NCBI GenBank assembly: GCA_965648915.1 | Contig: CBFGIV010000045.1 | Location: 1 to 18,721, forward strand | DNA: 18,721 bases | DNA from: a candidate division WOR-3 bacterium | GTDB lineage: Bacteria > Hydrothermota > Tepidihabitantia > SM23-42 > CAYGYG01 | Reading direction: 5' to 3' | Part shown: piece after piece, positions 16,221-18,721 of the stretch | How positions within the stretch are numbered: position 1 is the stretch's first letter | Layout of the letters: each line of letters starts with the position of its first letter | The notes under the pieces: generated by a model | Told to the model about the DNA's origin: nothing | Database searches by the model: none | What the model saw: the letters and a program-made list of their open reading frames with translations, nothing else | Position numbers and translations under genes: made by a program

Positions 16221-17206
16221 CGTCTCTCTCCGATCAAACTCCTCTCCCGCAGGGAGCGACCTCGGGTATAACGGTCGATCAAGGGTACCCATAGATTCAT
16301 AATCAAGATCGCATAGGAAACGCCCTCAGGATACCCCCCCCAGAACCTGATGAAAAAAGTCAAGATTCCACAGCCGACGCCGAAGATCCAGCGTCCGGGT
16401 TTAGTTACGGGCGAAGTTACCCAATCGGTCGCCATAAAGAAGGCACCTAACATTAAACCACCGGAAAAGAGATAGACCAGAACTGAGATCCGTGGGGCAA
16501 CCAGAAAAGAGAGTAATGCGCAGGTGGACAGGTAACCGGTAACAATCCGGTAGTCGATTATCTTCATTATCAACAGAAAGAGACCACCCGCAATCAATAA
16601 AACCGCTGAGGTCTCACCAACACAGCCGCCTACTCTGCCGATAAAAAGATTAAAAATCGTCTCCGGACTGTTCAATTGAGTCGCTATTTCTCCACCACTC
16701 CTTAAAAGTGTCATGGGCGTTGCCTGGGTCACCGCATCAATTCCTGAGATCGTGCCTCCTCGGGGTGGAGACCAGGCAGTAGTCATAAATGTTGGCCAGG
16801 AGGCCATCAGAAATGCCCGACCGGCTAAGGCCGGATTGACAAAATTATAGCCCAACCCGCCAAAAAACTGCTTGGCAATTAATATCGCAAACCCGGAACC
16901 GACCACCGCCAGCCAGTAAGGGGCTAAAGGAGGCAGGTTATAAGCAAGGAGGATTCCAGTAATAATTGCACTGCCATCAGAAATATCGACCTTACGACCG
17001 AATATCTTCTGCCCAAAGGCCTCAAAGGCGAGGGCGGTAACAACTGAAATCAGAACAAGAATCAAGGGGCGCCAACCGAAAAAATAGACCGCACCAACCA
17101 GGGCCGGCATCAAGGCGATGATGACATACCTCATCGCCTGTTTTAGGTCGTGCTTTGTAAAGATATGGGGTGAGACGGTAATCGTAAAGATTTGAGTTGT
17201 GGCCAT
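16205..17206 (-). CDS. rnfD: Rnf complex subunit D
   Basis: SPH, D.SA..TG.LLA, KQ.FGGLG.N..NPAL.GR, FMN site DAVTQATP, G..GETS, GAFFMATD.VTSP, YPEGV.YAIL.MN. ATG at 17206 overlaps the rnfC stop (TGATG). Confidence 0.96.
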   Translation of the reverse strand: MATTQIFTITVSPHIFTKHDLKQAMRYVIIALMPALVGAVYFFGWRPLILVLISVVTALAFEAFGQKIFGRKVDISDGSAIITGILLAYNLPPLAPYWLAVVGSGFAILIAKQFFGGLGYNFVNPALAGRAFLMASWPTFMTTAWSPPRGGTISGIDAVTQATPMTLLRSGGEIATQLNSPETIFNLFIGRVGGCVGETSAVLLIAGGLFLLIMKIIDYRIVTGYLSTCALLSFLVAPRISVLVYLFSGGLMLGAFFMATDWVTSPVTKPGRWIFGVGCGILTFFIRFWGGYPEGVSYAILIMNLWVPLIDRYTRGRSLRERSLIGERRWVNI

Positions 17207-18540
17207 CAATTAACCGGTTTTGCGCGCATCAATTCTTTTTTGGCGAATTTGATATAATGAACCAGCCGGCGCCGGGTGGGACAGACATAGGCACAGCTTC
17301 CACACTCGATACAGTCAAAGATTGCATAACGCTTTGTTTGCTCAAGTCGTTTATTTTCCACCAGATCAGCAATCGCACAGGGGATCAACGCCATCGGACA
17401 GGCATCAACGCATCGTGCACAGCGCACACAGGGGCCCTGGTCAAAAATTACTTTTTCTTCAGTAACAATAATACCGGTCGTCCCTTTGATAACCGGAACA
17501 GATTCTGTATACTGGGCAATACCCATCATTGGCCCGCCAAATATTAGTTTCCCTGGTTCTCTAATATAACCGCCACAAAATTTTATTATATCAAGTGCGG
17601 GCGTCCCAAATTTAACTATAATATTCTTCTTCTCTTTAATATTATGCCCGGTCACCGTGATAACCCGGTCGATCAGTGGTTTACCAAATTTTACTGCCTG
17701 ATAAACAGCAATCACTGTAGCAACATTGTGGACAATACAGCCAACATCGATTGGTAAACCCCCGGATGGGATTGAACGATCAAGTAGTGTCTTGATCAGG
17801 AGAATCTCTGAACCCTGAGGATATTTACTCTTAAAAACCTCTACCTTTATCGTATCACCAGCGATAATCTCTTTGAAGCAGGGTAGCAGGTCGCGCTTAT
17901 TATCTTCAATCACGATAACCACATTCCCGACATTTAAGATCCGGGCGATAATCAATGACCCCTCAATCAGTTCCTGAGTGAATTCAACCATTACCCGGTA
18001 GTCGGCAGTTAACATCGGCTCACATTCACAACCATTGATGATTAAGTAATCGATCTTCTTATCTTCGGGCGGTGAAAGTTTAACCTGGGTCGGGAAAGAA
18101 CCTCCCCCCTGCCCGGTAATACCGGCCTCAGTCACAATCTCAAGCAAATCCTGTGGAGAACTTTCCCGCCAGTTGTCGATCTTTTTTAAAGATTGATCCC
18201 ACTCCCCCTTATGGTCGTTTTCAATTACGCAGGTTAGGGACGATCCTAAGACCGGATGGGGGTGGTCATTTATCCGGATAACTCTTCCAGAAATCGGAGA
18301 ATGGACATTGGCCGAAATAAAACCCTGCCTTTCACCGATCTTGGTGCCGACTTTTACCATTTGATCTTTTTTGACGAGTGGTCGGGATGGAATACCGGTA
18401 TGTTGAGCAAATGGGATATAGACCAGATCGGGGTCAGGTATTGTTTCAATCGGTTTATCTCTTGTCCACTTATCACTTTTAAGAAAGAGCCCACCGGGAA
18501 ATGACCGACGCTTAAAAAAATTATTCTCTTTTAAGAGCAT
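17206..18540 (-). CDS. rnfC: Rnf complex subunit C
   Basis: QH.G, HSPISG.V, AGI.G.GG..FPT.VKL, NGCECEP.LTAD, KYPQGSE, GGPMMG, CVRCARCVDACP, CIECGSCAYVCP. Confidence 0.96.
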   Translation of the reverse strand: MLLKENNFFKRRSFPGGLFLKSDKWTRDKPIETIPDPDLVYIPFAQHTGIPSRPLVKKDQMVKVGTKIGERQGFISANVHSPISGRVIRINDHPHPVLGSSLTCVIENDHKGEWDQSLKKIDNWRESSPQDLLEIVTEAGITGQGGGSFPTQVKLSPPEDKKIDYLIINGCECEPMLTADYRVMVEFTQELIEGSLIIARILNVGNVVIVIEDNKRDLLPCFKEIIAGDTIKVEVFKSKYPQGSEILLIKTLLDRSIPSGGLPIDVGCIVHNVATVIAVYQAVKFGKPLIDRVITVTGHNIKEKKNIIVKFGTPALDIIKFCGGYIREPGKLIFGGPMMGIAQYTESVPVIKGTTGIIVTEEKVIFDQGPCVRCARCVDACPMALIPCAIADLVENKRLEQTKRYAIFDCIECGSCAYVCPTRRRLVHYIKFAKKELMRAKPVN

Positions 18541-18550
18541 AAGTCAGACA

Positions 18551-18578
18551 ATTATATAAAAAAAATACCAAAAATCAA
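18551..18578 (-). promoter_or_regulatory. sigma70-type promoter for the rnf operon
   Basis: TTGATT (18578-18573) - 16 nt - TATAAT (18556-18551), 10 nt before ATG 18540. No SD. Confidence 0.55.
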
Positions 18579-18684
18579 TAGTGAATCAAATTGATCAGCC
18601 CTGCCGAATACTTTTTCAAATTTTCCTATTTTTAGAGGTCGGGGTCATTAGAATTGATTTTTTAAGCAATGTAATAAAAAAGGG

Positions 18685-18719
18685 TAGACAACGCCCTGCT
18701 ACTATGTTATAATAACATA
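18685..18719 (+). promoter_or_regulatory. Promoter for a gene beyond the right edge, overlapped by a palindrome
   Basis: TAGACA (18685-18690) - 17 nt - TATAAT (18708-18713) with extended -10 TG. Perfect palindrome TATGTTAT-A-ATAACATA at 18703-18719. Confidence 0.6.
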
Positions 18720-18721
18720 AT

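Noticed and set aside
16225..16262. Small hairpin (CTCCC-gca-GGGAG) and atypical C-terminus of RnfD as an inserted element
   Set aside because: The stem is only 5 bp, the frame is intact, and RnfD C-termini are variable.
16221..16292. 24-aa N-terminal extension of RnfG in the ORF track
   Set aside because: It overlaps rnfD extensively. ATG 16220 has an SD and gives the normal RnfG N-terminus.
804..18504. Many short alternative-frame or antisense ORFs in the ORF track (e.g. 1007-1309, 7678-8043, 9085-9564, 10206-10544, 17197-17547)
   Set aside because: They lie essentially within well-supported genes, lack recognisable motifs, and look like shadow ORFs.
18579..18598. Possible Rex/FNR box upstream of rnfC (GTGAATCAAATTGATCA)
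   Set aside because: It fits neither TTGTGAA-N4-TTCACAA nor TTGAT-N4-ATCAA. The half-sites are in the wrong order and spacing.
1..18721. CRISPR arrays, tRNA/rRNA, transposases, prophage or defence genes
   Set aside because: No regularly spaced repeats, RNA-gene signatures or relevant protein motifs were seen, and nearly all sequence is explained by housekeeping and energy genes.

Overview
Bacterial chromosomal window, probably from an anaerobe, with no recognisable mobile element, RNA gene or CRISPR array. From left to right: a truncated minus-strand ORF; a divergently transcribed lipoprotein; a bidirectional terminator; a minus-strand trio (FrdB/SdhB-like Fe-S protein, FrdA/SdhA-like flavoprotein with no membrane anchor, lone LeuC/HacA-type large subunit); a 383-bp intergenic region with three palindromic elements; a cheW-mcp-cheW cassette; tilS-hpt-ftsH-folE; a DUF72 gene; a ferritin/rubrerythrin-like gene; and a complete minus-strand rnfCDGEAB operon. 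The most notable points are: (1) an RnfG with two tandem FMN-binding domains, the second carrying two Cys in flavin-site motifs; (2) an anchorless fumarate-reductase-like pair lacking the covalent-FAD His, next to an orphan dehydratase large subunit; (3) a CheA-less cheW/6-TM MCP/cheW cassette; (4) near-consensus sigma70 promoters that suggest leaderless mRNAs and a promoter inside tilS. All assignments come from motif recognition by eye. No database search was run.
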